Origin: Heptranchias perlo
Taxonomy: Eukaryota
DNA length: 64,000 nucleotides
Assembly: GCF_035084215.1 (NCBI RefSeq)
Contig: NC_090348.1
Coordinates: forward strand, 6,076,001-6,140,000
Reading direction: 5' to 3'
A program made the position numbers and the translations under genes. Positions 62,516 to 64,000 of this stretch are shown piece after piece. The notes below the pieces were generated by a model. The model ran no database searches. It was not told where the DNA came from and saw only the letters and a program-made list of their open reading frames with translations. Numbering within the stretch: position 1 is the first letter of the stretch; the number at the start of each line of letters is the position of its first letter.

Positions 62516-63284
62516 CTCTCATTTCTTGCAGTTTGCATTCCCCAGTACGGCGAATAATATAAATGGTAAGATCTGTTGGAAAATATACAAGGGGTTACCT
62601 GATACCAACATTCCTTAGAACCTAATGACAACTTATAAATATATACCAATTGTAACTGTAGCCATCCCTAATTCTTCAACTTTAATCTGCCCTAATGTGA
62701 TATTTCAACAAAGTGAGGAGAATGTGAGCAGTTGAAGCCATTTCTCATAAAGGCATGGGAGGTATCAAAGTGCTTCCTGCCTTTACAAGAACCCCAACTA
62801 AAATATATACATGGAATTAAATTAATTATTTGATGCCAGTGGGAAGTCACAGAATATGGGATTCATCCCACTTGTAACTCAAACCTACATAACGCACAAG
62901 GATTTGTGGCTTCCATGAATTTCATGATTTGTGGCTTCTTGCTCATGAGATAGATTCCCGATTCAGCTGCCCACCGAGCACCCTCTGAGTGACTTACTCC
63001 CAACCAGCTATTCTGTATTTATAGTTAATACTATAGCCGGCATAGACATGATGGGCCGAATGGCCTCCTCCTGTGCTGCATGATTCCATGATTGAGAGGG
63101 TGTCACTAGAATAAGTTTATCAGTGGTGTCATCTATTGTACGATGTTTATGCGGTTCTCAAAGTAGGTGTAGCTGCTCCTAACCCACAGGAATATTAAAC
63201 TTGCGGTATACCCAAAAAACAACAATCAGAATTCATAATAGAACTGAAAGCAGAGCTTTGCTTCCTACACTGGTAACTGCAATG

Positions 63285-63650
63285 TTTTTTTATTCATTCT
63301 CAGGATGTGGGCATCGCTGGCAAGGCCGGTCTTTATTATCCATCCCTAGTTGCCCTTGAGATTGCAACAACAGATGAGAGTCAACCACGTTGGTGTGGGG
63401 CTGAAGTCACATATAGGCCAGACTGGGTAAGGACGGCGGGTTTCTTTCCCTAAGGGGCATTAGTGAACCAGTTGGGTTTTTACAACAATCTGACAGCTTC
63501 ATGGTCACTTTTACTGATACCAGTTTTTTTTAAAGACTGAATTCAAATTCTCAAACTGCCATGGGATTTTAACTAAAATTGTGTGGATTATTAATCCAGG
63601 CCTCTGGATGACTAGTCCAATAACATAACCACTACACTACTGTACCTATT
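63285..63650 (-). mobile_element. tRNA-headed SINE carrying the 3' tail of LINE family B
   Basis: Head and body match 46620-46950; tail ctcaagggcaactagggatgg...gccagcgatgcccacatcc matches the family B 3' end. Confidence 0.8.
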
Positions 63651-63772
63651 ATTAATCCAGGCCTCTGGATGACTAGTCCAATAACATAACCACTACACTA
63701 CTGTACCTATTATTAATCCAGGCCTCTGGATTACTAGTCCAATTTCATAACCACTACATACTGTACCTATTA
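63589..63772. repeat. 61-bp tandem triplication of the SINE tRNA head
   Basis: ttaatccaggcctctgga... recurs at 63591, 63652 and 63713. Confidence 0.9.
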
Positions 63773-64000
63773 TTCAAAAAGTGTCTCATTTCAGTTTGGT
63801 TTTATTTTCTAATTCCCAGAACTCCCAGTGAAGTCCTTTTTCTTCACAACTTCTTTCACCAGATGGCTTTGCATTCACTTTGAAGCACAGATGAAATTTG
63901 CATGTCCTTTTCACTTTACATAAGAACATCAGAAAGAGGAGCAGGAGTAGGCTATTCGGCCCCTTCAATAAGATCATGGCTGATCTTCTACCTCAACTCC

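Overview
Eukaryotic, repeat-rich genomic DNA. The CR1/L2 LINEs, DeuSINEs and Penelope-type repeats suggest a cartilaginous fish such as a shark (inferred). Two convergent multi-exon genes were assembled by hand from splice sites and phases. (1) On the + strand, the last seven coding exons of INTS13/ASUN (8560-26231). (2) On the - strand, a complete five-coding-exon gene (55916 to 27589, 5256 nt, about 1751 aa) encoding a highly divergent dystroglycan (DAG1) paralogue. It has a signal peptide, Ig/cadherin-like and S6-like N-terminal domains, a furin site RNRR followed by SPTP, an ~1060-aa Ser/Thr mucin region, a second cadherin-like domain, an SEA module with a G|S autoproteolysis site, a TM helix and a C-terminal PPPY motif. 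This 'second dystroglycan' is the main candidate for an undescribed system. The introns hold CR1 LINEs, a second LINE family whose longest copy starts with a tRNA-like SINE head, DeuSINEs (two carry a related MITE at the same nucleotide), Penelope-type palindromes with hammerhead-ribozyme cores, and 27-bp and 61-bp tandem repeats. All homology calls come from recall of known protein families, not from database searches.
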